DNA from: a virus
Taxonomy: Duplodnaviria > Caudoviricetes
IMG/VR virus record: IMGVR_UViG_3300021373_000002
Span: 1-27,069 of that record
Strand: one strand, 5' to 3'
Length of the DNA stretch: 27,069 nucleotides
Shown here in pieces: positions 16,166 to 26,182 of this stretch. The stretch's first letter is position 1. Each line of letters opens with the position of its first letter. The notes below the pieces were generated by a model that was not told the origin of the DNA, did no database searches, and was given only the letters and a program-made list of their open reading frames with translations. Made by a program: the position numbers and the translations under genes.

Positions 16166-16663
16166 ATGGCATATTCAACAATCCCTAAGACTAAACGAGA
16201 TGGTGTTATTACTCTTCTCGATGGTACTGCAACCCCAGTAGAGCTCGAAGTAGCCTACGAAGATGGTAACTTTACTTTCTCAGATCCCCAGCAGTTCTCA
16301 GAACTCGTAGTAATGGATCGAGGAAACTTCGCTGCTATCCGTAAGCAAGATGAGCAAGCCAAGAGCGGATCTTTCTCTTTCCACTTCAGACAGTTCACAG
16401 ATGCAGCAGAAGCCGGATCGGTTCGAGATTTCATTAATCAAGCTGGTAACTACTCGGGTAATGTTTCTACTGGTATTAATGGTACTCCATACGTAGAGCA
16501 CTACACTATCGATATCAAGTACACAGCAGATAGTCCAGATACTGCAGAAGCCGATCACGTGGTTACACTGAGTAAATGTATCTGTTCTTTGGACTTCTCA
16601 GAAGGTGATCCCTCATCATTTACGCTTAACTTCACTTGCTACGGTGGACTTACTGTAGCTTAA
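16166..16663 (+). CDS. Major tail (tube) protein
   Basis: GGAGG RBS, beta-rich, with a SGSFSFHF strand. Lies immediately before the frameshifted chaperone. Confidence 0.72.
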   Translation: MAYSTIPKTKRDGVITLLDGTATPVELEVAYEDGNFTFSDPQQFSELVVMDRGNFAAIRKQDEQAKSGSFSFHFRQFTDAAEAGSVRDFINQAGNYSGNVSTGINGTPYVEHYTIDIKYTADSPDTAEADHVVTLSKCICSLDFSEGDPSSFTLNFTCYGGLTVA

Positions 16664-16680
16664 TGGCATAAGGAGGTACT

Positions 16681-17046
16681 ATGCTATTTTATCTTGGTAA
16701 ACTTGGAACCCATGAAGGAAAAATCCCCTCTTCGATTGCTACTTGCTTAGACTTCGTAGCGATCTGGGGGAGCGATCCGAATCGAGCCCAGCTTGGGAGG
16801 CTATGTGCTGCTGCTATTGCGGTATCCGTAGACCACAAGCGAGTATTACCTGCTTACAATCTCAATAGCGGAGATCCGATTGCTTATGGGCATAAGGTTC
16901 TAGATCGTTTATTGGATGCAGGAGTTACTCCGGGTAAGGTTTACGAGATGGGCTCCGAGGCTCTCTTGGAGATGATGAAAGTTATCCCCAGTGAGAAAGA
17001 GGTAGAAGATCGAGCAAATTTTACGCAAGAGGGAGAGGATCGCTAG
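16681..17046 (+). CDS. Tail assembly chaperone (gpG-like)
   Basis: Follows the tail tube gene. Slippery heptamer A AAT TTT at 17016-17022, near the 3' end. Confidence 0.78.
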   Translation: MLFYLGKLGTHEGKIPSSIATCLDFVAIWGSDPNRAQLGRLCAAAIAVSVDHKRVLPAYNLNSGDPIAYGHKVLDRLLDAGVTPGKVYEMGSEALLEMMKVIPSEKEVEDRANFTQEGEDR

Positions 17047-17231
17047 ACCTCCTTGCACTAAGGATCTCTCTCCGATGGGGGAAAGATCCTTTATGGTTTT
17101 ACTCTCTCCCAGAAGATCTACGGATCTCTCTCCTTGCTGAATATCGATTATCTACCGAAGATTCCAAAGAAGCCAAAGATAGACAAGAGCGGATAAAAAG
17201 GGCTAGAATGGAGGAGATGCTAAGGGGTTAA
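16681..17231 (+). CDS. Tail assembly chaperone, -1 frameshift product (gpGT-like)
   Basis: The -1 frame is open from 17022 to TAA 17229-17231 (YARGRGSLDLLALRISLRWGKDPLWFYSLPEDLR...MLRG) and fills the otherwise empty gap. Confidence 0.78.
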
Positions 17232-17233
17232 CC

Positions 17234-17704
17234 ATGAAAAAATTTACAACAAAGAGAGCCGGAATAGAGATAGATACAGATCTCCAAGAATTTTATACAG
17301 GCTTTCTCGATAAGGTTGCTCCCAATGCTCGAAAGATCCTTACTGATGAGATGGAGAAGATCGAACGAGATGCTAAGAAAGATTGGCCAGTACGAAAGCC
17401 CCAGATCAGAAAAGATAAAGAGGGTAATGTGGTTTTCTACAGAGAAGTATCTAAGGGCTCTTGGAAGATGTTCGAGAGAGGATTTCGCATAACTGCTAAC
17501 GGAGATTTCGAAGCCTATCTAACTAATCGGGCTCCTTACTCTTGGGCTATAAAGTTTGGAGTAGATTCGGAAAACAATAGAAGGCAAGATATTATCCAGC
17601 CTCAAGGAAAGCGAGTAGCCCAGGAACTCATGATTAAGCCCCAGCGGAAAGCATCTAGAAAGATCGTAAAGGCTCTAGCCGATGATCTAATGCGGAGGAT
17701 CTAA
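17234..17704 (+). CDS. HK97 gp10-like tail/neck protein
   Basis: AKKDWPVR...SW...LTNRAPYSWAIKFG resembles the gp10-like 'PV...N.apYa..vEfG' pattern. Confidence 0.55.
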   Translation: MKKFTTKRAGIEIDTDLQEFYTGFLDKVAPNARKILTDEMEKIERDAKKDWPVRKPQIRKDKEGNVVFYREVSKGSWKMFERGFRITANGDFEAYLTNRAPYSWAIKFGVDSENNRRQDIIQPQGKRVAQELMIKPQRKASRKIVKALADDLMRRI

Positions 17705-19731
17705 TGGCAGAAGAGAAAAGAAGTATATCGATCTCGTATAAGGCAGATCTCAAGGATCTGATTAACAAGCTTAAGCAGATGCCTAATGTAACCGAGGCAG
17801 AAGCTAAGAAGATGGTATCCGCTCTCGATAGGCAACTGAAGCAAGCGGAGAAGGCAGCAAAGAAGAGCGCAGAGGCTAGCTCCAAAGCAGCAAAGCAAGC
17901 CAGCCAAGCCGCTCGAAGAGGTGCAGCAGATTTCGAAGATATGGCAGATGCAGCCCGAAGAGCAGAAGAACGCTTGGAACGAGTGGGGGAAGCATCCGGA
18001 GATATCGATAGGGGATTCTCTTCTATTGGATTGGCTCTTAGAGGAGTTAATCCTCAATTGGCAGAGGCAGCAGATGGATTGGCAGATGCTTTCGCAGTTA
18101 CAGAAGGCTTAACTATGTCCTTTGCTGCTCTTAATCCCCTTGTGCTCGCTGCTGGGGTTGCTATTGGAGCCTTAACTCTTGGCTATGTAGCGCATCAAGC
18201 AGAACTAGAGAAGGTTAAGCAAACTACATTAGATCTCCGAGATGCTCAGAAGGCTCTAATCGAAAGCCAGGAAGCCCAGCAAAGAAATCTAGAAGATGCA
18301 GCCTCGAAGGTACGAGAGCAGAGATTAGAGTATCAACTTCTTACAGGTCAGATCTCCGAATACCAATACAATCTGGAGAAGGCTGGGGAAGCTGCTTACG
18401 AATCCTTCCGGGGTAATATTGAAGGTGCAGAAGCTTCCGTAAAGGAGACTTCTTTACTGTTGGGTACAGTTCAATCCTTAATCGAAGCCAATAAGCAAGG
18501 AGCGGAAGCGAACGTAATACTCTCAGAGCAAGAGATCGAACGATTAAGAACTCTCCAATTACAGAACAATACTGTAAAGAATAGCCTTGATCTAACTAAG
18601 CAAGGATTAGACCAGAGATCTGCTCTTCTGATTCTAGAAGATGAACTCCAAAGCAGAAAAGCACTCGAAGAGAAGAAAGTACAAGCAATCCAAAAGATGC
18701 AAGAGGAATCCAAAGATCTTGCTATGGAAATGGTCACTCTTGAGAAAGAGCTTACAGATGCAACCGAAGAAGCAGCAGCCCAAGCCGAACGCAGAGCCAA
18801 AGCATCCGAGAGAACAGTACAAGCAGAAGAAAAAACTATCGATGCTCTAGAGGAAGCCTTCGCTCTCTCTGATGATATTCTGAAGGGGAAAGCTCTCCAG
18901 GATAAGATGGATCGGGCTATGGCAGAAGCCTTCCTCGATGATGAAGGGAAGAAGAAACTAGCCCAGCAAGATCGCATTAATGCAGAGATAGAGGCTATTA
19001 CTAGGCTCGGTATCGCTACCAATAGAGAAGCCGAGGCTGCTATGGCAATCGAAGCCCTAAGACACCAGGGTAAGATGGAGAATCTCGAAGTAGAATCGGA
19101 AACCGTTACAGGCATCTTAGAACAACAATTGGAGAACTCCCAAGCGGTTATGGGTTCCTTCTCTGCTCTTACCAGTAGCCTAGAGCAACTCATGCAACAA
19201 AAGATGGAAGTAAATACCATCGATGTAGAAGCAGGAAAGAAGCAGCAAGAAGTACTCGATACACTTACCGAGAAAGAGAGAGAAGCCCTTAAACGTAGAG
19301 CCCATGCAGCGATAGCCCTCTTCCAACTATCGAAGGCTGCATCTCTGGCAGAGGTAGCGATGACTACTGCGGAGAACGTAGCGAAAGCCCAAGGATACGG
19401 GCCAGTATTGGCTCCAATCATGACAGGATTAGCAATTGCTACTGGAACTGCTCAGGCCGCAGTAATCGCTAGTCAACCTGCACCCCAAGCCCAGTTCCAT
19501 ATGGGAGGGATGGCCCCAGATGAGATGGGGGCTAGAGTATTGCGAGGAGAGGCAGTATTAGATAGAGCTACAGTAAGAAGAATCGGAGGAGAGCAAGGGG
19601 TTCGAAATCTCCAGCAGGGAGGCTCTCCAAGTGTACAGACAGTAGTAATCCAACCGTTTAAGCACTTCGGAAGGTTCGCAGCAGATCTCGGAATAAGAAA
19701 AACTAAGCAAGTAGGAATACGAGGATATTAA
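17704..19731 (+). CDS. Tape measure protein
   Basis: 675 aa, Ala/Glu/Gln-rich and helical, with two hydrophobic stretches and C-terminal FHMGG...RGEAVL. Located after the chaperone. Confidence 0.88.
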   Translation: MAEEKRSISISYKADLKDLINKLKQMPNVTEAEAKKMVSALDRQLKQAEKAAKKSAEASSKAAKQASQAARRGAADFEDMADAARRAEERLERVGEASGDIDRGFSSIGLALRGVNPQLAEAADGLADAFAVTEGLTMSFAALNPLVLAAGVAIGALTLGYVAHQAELEKVKQTTLDLRDAQKALIESQEAQQRNLEDAASKVREQRLEYQLLTGQISEYQYNLEKAGEAAYESFRGNIEGAEASVKETSLLLGTVQSLIEANKQGAEANVILSEQEIERLRTLQLQNNTVKNSLDLTKQGLDQRSALLILEDELQSRKALEEKKVQAIQKMQEESKDLAMEMVTLEKELTDATEEAAAQAERRAKASERTVQAEEKTIDALEEAFALSDDILKGKALQDKMDRAMAEAFLDDEGKKKLAQQDRINAEIEAITRLGIATNREAEAAMAIEALRHQGKMENLEVESETVTGILEQQLENSQAVMGSFSALTSSLEQLMQQKMEVNTIDVEAGKKQQEVLDTLTEKEREALKRRAHAAIALFQLSKAASLAEVAMTTAENVAKAQGYGPVLAPIMTGLAIATGTAQAAVIASQPAPQAQFHMGGMAPDEMGARVLRGEAVLDRATVRRIGGEQGVRNLQQGGSPSVQTVVIQPFKHFGRFAADLGIRKTKQVGIRGY

Positions 19732-19732
19732 G

Positions 19733-22700
19733 ATGGCCAATATAACACCAGACTATCTAAGAGGGTTCTTAATCCCTTCTATCTCCATCTCGAAGGATAA
19801 TATATGGAATGCTCAATCTAGATTCTCCCAAGCCAATCCGAGAAGCGGAATACCAGAAGCGCAATCTGAAGGAGTAAACCTTACTGTATCCTCTATTGGT
19901 ACTCAATCTGAAGAAATTACATTAAACACCATCCAAGGAGGGCTCCCCGGAGATGCTCTCTTCACTTGGAAGGGAGAGGATGATATTGATCTTGGTAACG
20001 ATGCACCTCATATATTAACCGAGGCAGGCTATTGGAGATATTCCAATAGTAGTGCCACTGGTACTTACTTTGATAGTGATTGTGTATCCTCACTTGATGG
20101 TACTATGTGGGTAATATCCGAATCTTCTGATAGTAGTAATAGATATACCATAGGTATTAGAAGACAAGAAAAGAACGGTGCTATAACATTTATAAAAACC
20201 TTTTTTAGTAATGTTCTAGTAGGAACTCCAAGTTATTACGCTAACCCTGCAATAACTAGATTGCAGGATGGTTCTCTATTAGTAGCCTATTTCCCATATG
20301 ATTCCAATAATATAAAGGTTCACCGAAGTCTTGATAATGGGGATACATGGAAGGAGATCGCTCCTAAAGGATTGAACGTAGGAGTTAGTACTACCCAATA
20401 TACTCCGGTTAAGATGAGGATGGTATCCATCGATAATACTGTGGTTCTCTTTATTGAGCTTGATGAAACCTTAAATCCAAATCGATTAGCGCAGTATGTA
20501 TCGAGAGATGGAGGTACAACTTTTACCCTCGTAGATTCAATCTCTCAGTACTCGGATGGAAGACTTCATGAGCCTAGTCCGGTAGCCCTTCCGGATGGTT
20601 CTATTGGTATTGCTTGTTTAACAGAGCAAGATGAGCTACATTTTATTAAAATACCTTCTCCGGGGATTCGTGCATCTTCTTCATATTGGAGAAATGATAA
20701 CCAGTATGAGATTAATACTACTCAAACCTTTGCATTATTAAATGGAGATCAGTTACAGTATGGTAATGTTACTGCATGGTATCATAATGGTTTAATTTGG
20801 GTCGTAGCGCAACAATATGGCAATGGTAGACTAATCGCTTTTTATTCGGAAGATTTCGGAGTTAATTGGGATTATGCTGCTGGTAATACCGTTGCAAATG
20901 CTAGAATTCTTGATTATGGTTCGAATAATGACAGATTAGTAAATCTATCTTCTTGTGTACATGAAGGAAGAGTAAAGATTATAGGGCATGAAAATAACAG
21001 TGTATGGATGCTAGGCTTTGGTGGATATAGTAGTTTCTGTTACCCTGCTCGATCGGTTAGTCCCATTAGAAGTAATTATCTCCGCTGGGAAGCAACTTAT
21101 ATTCCTGTAGCCCTACCAGGTAATACTAGCATATTTGGTACTTCTGGTACGGGTACACAATCTTTAAACGGTGATGGATTATTAATTACTACTACGAATA
21201 ATAATCGATACTATACTACTAATCATTATGGTAGTTATTTTACTGAAGGTATAGTAATCAGATTAAGATTACAAGTAGATCAAAATACCCAAGGGGTTGG
21301 CAATAATTATATCGCTTTAGAAGTTAATCAAGATAATTCTACAAACAGTACGCAATTAACACTTCGTTTTTCTACTACTACCATTCAAGTTAGAGATAGT
21401 GTAGGAGTTAAGGCTACCATAACTCACGATATGACAGAGAGCACAGAGATCGTAATTGGTATTACGGATCGCAATGCTGAAATTTACTATCGAACCTATG
21501 ATGGAGCCCAAGCAAAAAAATGGAGCCTTGAAGAAATAAGTGGAATAACCAAAGGTTCATCGGGTCTTGGTAATACCATCAAATGGGGTCATTTAGTCGC
21601 TAGTGTATTTGGTACTTTTCAATCTCATTGGCAAGAGGTATTTATAGCTACTGGAGAACCGGCTGGGCTATTCGATTTCTCTATTCGAGGTGCTACCTAT
21701 CCTCCTCTAGGAGAGTATCAGTATATCGATGGAGGATTAGCGATTACTGCTAAGGATGCTCCAGCAAGGGGAGGGGATGAATATAAGATTACTCCTCGAT
21801 ATGATTACGGAATTGAGAATATCTTCCATAAGATATCTTTATCTCCGAGAGTAGTATGGAGATCTGCAGATCAAAGTTTCCAAGAGATCCCCATCTTCGT
21901 AGATCCAATAGTACAGGATATGGAGAAGAGCCTCGGATGCTCTGATATGTTTGGAATCCATCTCTCTAATATCAACTTTCGATTATTTCGTATTAGGATA
22001 TGGAATGGAACCCAGTGGAATGTTTTCGCTACCGTAGATACTTCTGCAGATTATACCAGTACTTACATTAAGAAGGGTAATACACTTATCTCGAATAGTG
22101 CTACCAAAGATTTTATACTTCGATATGGAGAGGCTATTGGATGGAGAGCTCGATTATTCGATCCTGTATCGAAAGCCAATGTTTTTGTTAAGATTATTAT
22201 GAACTCCGAAGGAATCTGGACTACATATAATCGAGTAAAGCAAGCGGTAATCCAATACGATACCAGTATTACCGATCCCAGTACTATTCCAGCGAACGGA
22301 GAGATTTATCTAATCCCCGATTCGGTTACCTTCCTTAAATCTAGATTAGATGGTGTTAATCTTGGGCAATATGTTTGGATGTTAGAAGTAAGTGCACAAG
22401 ATAGATTAGAGGATTACTTCCAGATTGGAACGATGCTTATGGGCTCCGTAGCCTTCCCTGCTCCGCAGTACCAGAGAGGGAGAACGATTACTTACTCTCC
22501 AAATATCCAGACTCAATCGAGCCTCGATGGTATGTTCTTCTCTCGTAAGATGAGTGCAGGAAGGAGAACTGCTTCCGTAGCTTGGACAGAGCCCATTGAT
22601 ACTACAAGATTAAACGATCTCGATCCGGATTACTGGCAGGTATCCTCCACTTCTGGAGCGCAACCTGTAGCAAACTATGGAGATCCGCATCTTCTAGAGG

Positions 22701-22912
22701 GTATCTTCCGATACTTGAATAATCGAGAGCCCTTGGTATATCTTCCGAGTATTGAGAAGAATCCTACAAACGATCAGATCTTATTAACCGCTAGGGATTC
22801 TCATATGCTATGTAGAACAACCGGAGAGATCACTGTAGAGAGTGTACTCGGAGAAGAGCGATTAAATGAGATGTTCCGGGTATCTACAGTGAACCTAGAG
22901 GAGATTGAGTAA
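19733..22912 (+). CDS. Large tail protein with BNR/Asp-box repeats (receptor-binding / distal-tail-like)
   Basis: SLDNGDTW (20327), SRDGGTTF (20501) and SEDFGVNW (20846) match SxDxGxTW. Directly after the tape measure gene. Confidence 0.72.
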   Translation: MANITPDYLRGFLIPSISISKDNIWNAQSRFSQANPRSGIPEAQSEGVNLTVSSIGTQSEEITLNTIQGGLPGDALFTWKGEDDIDLGNDAPHILTEAGYWRYSNSSATGTYFDSDCVSSLDGTMWVISESSDSSNRYTIGIRRQEKNGAITFIKTFFSNVLVGTPSYYANPAITRLQDGSLLVAYFPYDSNNIKVHRSLDNGDTWKEIAPKGLNVGVSTTQYTPVKMRMVSIDNTVVLFIELDETLNPNRLAQYVSRDGGTTFTLVDSISQYSDGRLHEPSPVALPDGSIGIACLTEQDELHFIKIPSPGIRASSSYWRNDNQYEINTTQTFALLNGDQLQYGNVTAWYHNGLIWVVAQQYGNGRLIAFYSEDFGVNWDYAAGNTVANARILDYGSNNDRLVNLSSCVHEGRVKIIGHENNSVWMLGFGGYSSFCYPARSVSPIRSNYLRWEATYIPVALPGNTSIFGTSGTGTQSLNGDGLLITTTNNNRYYTTNHYGSYFTEGIVIRLRLQVDQNTQGVGNNYIALEVNQDNSTNSTQLTLRFSTTTIQVRDSVGVKATITHDMTESTEIVIGITDRNAEIYYRTYDGAQAKKWSLEEISGITKGSSGLGNTIKWGHLVASVFGTFQSHWQEVFIATGEPAGLFDFSIRGATYPPLGEYQYIDGGLAITAKDAPARGGDEYKITPRYDYGIENIFHKISLSPRVVWRSADQSFQEIPIFVDPIVQDMEKSLGCSDMFGIHLSNINFRLFRIRIWNGTQWNVFATVDTSADYTSTYIKKGNTLISNSATKDFILRYGEAIGWRARLFDPVSKANVFVKIIMNSEGIWTTYNRVKQAVIQYDTSITDPSTIPANGEIYLIPDSVTFLKSRLDGVNLGQYVWMLEVSAQDRLEDYFQIGTMLMGSVAFPAPQYQRGRTITYSPNIQTQSSLDGMFFSRKMSAGRRTASVAWTEPIDTTRLNDLDPDYWQVSSTSGAQPVANYGDPHLLEGIFRYLNNREPLVYLPSIEKNPTNDQILLTARDSHMLCRTTGEITVESVLGEERLNEMFRVSTVNLEEIE

Positions 22913-24612
22913 TGATAACTATACCGAAATCGAGCATCGAGCAGGGAGATATATGCTTTCTGCTCGATATATCCTATTATGGAGCGGTCTATCGGTTCTC
23001 TACGGTTCCTATTGATATCGAAGATCTAGCGGAGAATACTACTATTCCATATCGAGGAGCCCTCTCCGATCCTCCAATAAATCTACAGAGCGATCTTCTC
23101 GGAGTAGATCTAGAAGCCAATACTATCTCGATGGAGTTAATCTTCGAGGAAGTAGATTGGGTATCGGAGTTCCTTAAGGGGAGAACGCTTAACGATGCTC
23201 TCTGCGAGCTCTCGATGGTGATTATCAAAGATGGTAAAACAGACTTTACCCAGCAAGATAAAATATCAGTATTCAAGGGCAGAGCACTCGGAGCGATCTT
23301 TGGTTCTCCAGATGCTCCGAAGGGGACAGTATCCTTTACTATCGAAAACTCGGTTAATGTTCGGGTAGTTAAGTTACTTGGATCTGAACATGTAATTGCC
23401 GAAGACAATTACAATATCGATATCATAGAACAGAGTAAAGGTAAGGTGGTTCCTTTCGTATTCGGTAATTTAGGTACTGCTCCTAGAGAGGCTGCTAATA
23501 GTGTTGTATTTGATGATGATCTCCATGTAGCCCCAGCCTATCAAGCTGGAGGTACTAGTACTCTCCTTACTCAATACTTCCAAGTAGCCTATCATCATGT
23601 ATACAGTCCCAGTAACTCTCTTATTCAAATCTTCGATGGTAAAGGTGGATCGTTTTCTAACTATGCAATAACCGCAGTAGATAACAAGGGATTTATCCAT
23701 ACGTATGTACCTTTTTATATTACGGACTCCGGACCACCAGAAGGAACTAACGTACAGTTAGATAACTTCCAAGTATCGAGTCCGGAGCTTTCCTTTACTT
23801 ATTATGCTAGCTGGGGCCAGAGTAAAGGAGGAGTAGCTAATATCGATGGTTCAGGACCATTAGAAGGAGCGGTAGATATCTCTCTCTATGCTTTGGAAAA
23901 GAGCGGGCTATTCTTTGATTTTTCATCTTGGCAAGGGCTATCCGCAGTACTCAATCGATACAAGTTTGGAGGCTATGTAAATGACCTCGATATTAATGCA
24001 TATGACTGGGTAAAGGATAATATCTGGGATCTGCTTCCTATTATGGTAGTCAACGGAGGGAAGGGGATACAGGTTTCTCTCAATCTCTATACGTACTCTC
24101 AAGAAATTATACCATCCCATAACATAATCGAGAGTGGAGAGTTCGAGATTATAAGCCCTCTTACTCCTCTTGAAGGTGAGATTATCAATAAGATTACAAT
24201 CCGATTCGGATGGGCTGGGCAGTTAGGTTCCTTTAGAGCGCAGGTAGTTATCGATCCTACTTTGAAAGAAGATCAACCTATGCAATATCGAGATCCCCTA
24301 GCCTATATCTCTTATACTCGTTACGGACTTCGAGAGAAAGTAATCGAAGCTCCTTACGTGTATGACTTCCAAACCGCAATAAGAATAGCCAGAGATAAGA
24401 TCCGGGCCCATGCTCTAGGGAACTACGCTATCGAGATCTCTGCTGCTCCAAAGTATGGATATCTAGATCTCGGAGATATTATTGCGATTACTTCGGATAC
24501 AGTCGGACTAACAGAACACAAATGCCAAATAGTATCGAAATCTTGGAATGATAACCGCTGGAGATATGTACTTCATATCGAAGATAACCCACTCGTAAAC
24601 ATACGAGAGTAA
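22912..24612 (+). CDS. Tail tip / hub protein
   Basis: GKVVPFVFG and C-terminal YLDLGDIIAIT...IVSKSW are typical of siphovirus hub proteins. Supported by synteny. Confidence 0.65.
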   Translation: MITIPKSSIEQGDICFLLDISYYGAVYRFSTVPIDIEDLAENTTIPYRGALSDPPINLQSDLLGVDLEANTISMELIFEEVDWVSEFLKGRTLNDALCELSMVIIKDGKTDFTQQDKISVFKGRALGAIFGSPDAPKGTVSFTIENSVNVRVVKLLGSEHVIAEDNYNIDIIEQSKGKVVPFVFGNLGTAPREAANSVVFDDDLHVAPAYQAGGTSTLLTQYFQVAYHHVYSPSNSLIQIFDGKGGSFSNYAITAVDNKGFIHTYVPFYITDSGPPEGTNVQLDNFQVSSPELSFTYYASWGQSKGGVANIDGSGPLEGAVDISLYALEKSGLFFDFSSWQGLSAVLNRYKFGGYVNDLDINAYDWVKDNIWDLLPIMVVNGGKGIQVSLNLYTYSQEIIPSHNIIESGEFEIISPLTPLEGEIINKITIRFGWAGQLGSFRAQVVIDPTLKEDQPMQYRDPLAYISYTRYGLREKVIEAPYVYDFQTAIRIARDKIRAHALGNYAIEISAAPKYGYLDLGDIIAITSDTVGLTEHKCQIVSKSWNDNRWRYVLHIEDNPLVNIRE

Positions 24613-24653
24613 ACTTTCCCCTTTTTCTCATCGAATCGGAGTATAGTAGCCTT

Positions 24654-25229
24654 ATGATAGTATTCTTAGATAGACAGCACGCAGGGAAGCCAGATAAGAT
24701 CGAAGATCGAGGAGCTTCCGTTATGCCTACTCCTGCTTTCGGTAATGGTATGGAGGCAATCTATACCGGGTATCTCTCCATCATGATTGAGGAGAAACTA
24801 ATCGAGCATGGTGTTAAGGTTATGCCAATCTCTGATGGGAAGTACTCAGATAGGCATAAGCGAGTAAACGAATACTCCAAGCGGTTCCAAGAGAAGCAAG
24901 TATATCTCTCCCTCCATCTCAATTGCGGAGGTGGTGACTATGCCAGTTTTTTCCACATGGGTAGCGCAGGAGGAGCCTCCTTAGCAAGTTCGATCTGCGA
25001 TAGATTAAGAGAGAAGCAGTTACCCGGATTATCTAGATGCCTTCCCAAGGTAGCCTCTAGCGAGGATTGGACTAAGAACGCTTGGTACACAATACGAGGA
25101 GTAGGAAACCCAGTAGCAATCTGCTGCGAGCCCCTTTTCATGGATACCCATCGAGATCTACTTTGCTTAGAGCATCTCCGTTCTATTGCTGATTCGATCG
25201 CTGCTGGTATCGTAGCCTGGAGTCTGTAA
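24654..25229 (+). CDS. Endolysin, N-acetylmuramoyl-L-alanine amidase (Amidase_3)
   Basis: Zn-amidase motifs VFLDRQHAG, E, YLSLHLN and AICCEPLFM. Confidence 0.85.
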   Translation: MIVFLDRQHAGKPDKIEDRGASVMPTPAFGNGMEAIYTGYLSIMIEEKLIEHGVKVMPISDGKYSDRHKRVNEYSKRFQEKQVYLSLHLNCGGGDYASFFHMGSAGGASLASSICDRLREKQLPGLSRCLPKVASSEDWTKNAWYTIRGVGNPVAICCEPLFMDTHRDLLCLEHLRSIADSIAAGIVAWSL

Positions 25230-25546
25230 TGGAAGAGAATCTCTTACACCTTATTCTTAACGGAGGAGCTAACGTTGCCTTCGGTTTGTTTTTATATATG
25301 CAGAATAAAGAGCTTCAGAAGCGAGCAGATGAGAGAGAAGCCAAGCAAGATAAGAAGGAAGAAGATCTCCGGGCTCGATACGATAAGGTAATCTCTGATA
25401 TGCAAGCCAGAGAAGATACCATGCGAAAAGAACTGGTATCGGAGATAAACGATCTAGATCGTAAGGTAACGATGCTAGAAACTAAGTTAGAGCATATATA
25501 CCAGATCGTAGATGAGATTAAGGCTCGGTTCTTGCGGGTAGGATAA
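25229..25546 (+). CDS. Putative holin (single TM plus coiled coil, BhlA/UviB-like)
   Basis: GANVAFGLFLYM followed by EREAK and a coiled coil. Coupled to the endolysin stop. Confidence 0.55.
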   Translation: MEENLLHLILNGGANVAFGLFLYMQNKELQKRADEREAKQDKKEEDLRARYDKVISDMQAREDTMRKELVSEINDLDRKVTMLETKLEHIYQIVDEIKARFLRVG

Positions 25547-26048
25547 TCCTCTCTATCTCCCCATCCGTAAAGAGATCCCAAGATGCTCTCTTGAAGATGG
25601 TTAAGTCTTTCGGGCCTGTATTCTCTACTGTAAACTCTGAGAGGAAGGGTACTATCCCATCGATCGCAGTATAGAGCCTTCTGGTATCTATGATTGCCAT
25701 CCAAACCTTGTTATTATACAGGAAGCCCTCCATAGTCAGATCGGAGAGCTCTCCTCCGTTCTTTATGGCATCTAGCCTAGATGCAATCTCCAAGCCCATC
25801 TCCGGGTACTTGGTTCTCTTCCATCGTAGAGCGAAGTGCCTGCAGGGTCTAGACTTCCATAATCGAGCGGATACGGTGAGTTCCTTATCGGTATCTTTTT
25901 CTGTATATGTATAGTCTATTCCGTACTTCAGATCCCGATCGGTTCCAATCTCTGTTCTCCATTGGCCAGGAAAGCGATCTCGAAGGGTTGGTACTACATA
26001 TTGGAACCATAAACGATCGGATTCTCTTAGTCTGTATTGCGTATTCAT
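25518..26048 (-). CDS. Hypothetical protein, possible PD-(D/E)XK-like fold
   Basis: GGAGG RBS (26056-26060, minus strand) before ATG 26048, and a DLKYGIDY...VSARL...FALR pattern. Confidence 0.7.
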   Translation of the reverse strand: MNTQYRLRESDRLWFQYVVPTLRDRFPGQWRTEIGTDRDLKYGIDYTYTEKDTDKELTVSARLWKSRPCRHFALRWKRTKYPEMGLEIASRLDAIKNGGELSDLTMEGFLYNNKVWMAIIDTRRLYTAIDGIVPFLSEFTVENTGPKDLTIFKRASWDLFTDGEIERIILPARTEP

Positions 26049-26071
26049 ATCGTAGCCTCCGATACGATAGC

Positions 26072-26083
26072 AATATAACACAA
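26072..26083 (-). promoter_or_regulatory. Extended -10 promoter-like motif TTGTGTTATATT
   Basis: Upstream of the 26048 gene, and 11/12 identical to TTGTGTTATGTT at 4036-4047 (+). Confidence 0.45.
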
Positions 26084-26111
26084 AAAAGTTTATTTATTTT
26101 CTTCTTTTTTC

Positions 26112-26141
26112 TTTACACAGTATAGAAAACTATGTTATAGT
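26112..26141 (+). promoter_or_regulatory. Probable strong early promoter TTTACA-N18-TATAGT with TGn extension
   Basis: -35 at 26112-26117, TG at 26133-26134, -10 at 26136-26141, and an A/T-tract UP-like element upstream. Confidence 0.65.
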
Positions 26142-26182
26142 AAAGTATACTCAATGATGAGTAATAACAAGAGGTACTAACC

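Noticed and set aside
18471-19421. 316-aa minus-strand ORF
   Set aside because: Antisense shadow of the tape measure gene, with low-complexity Ser/Ala/Phe content and no RBS or motif.
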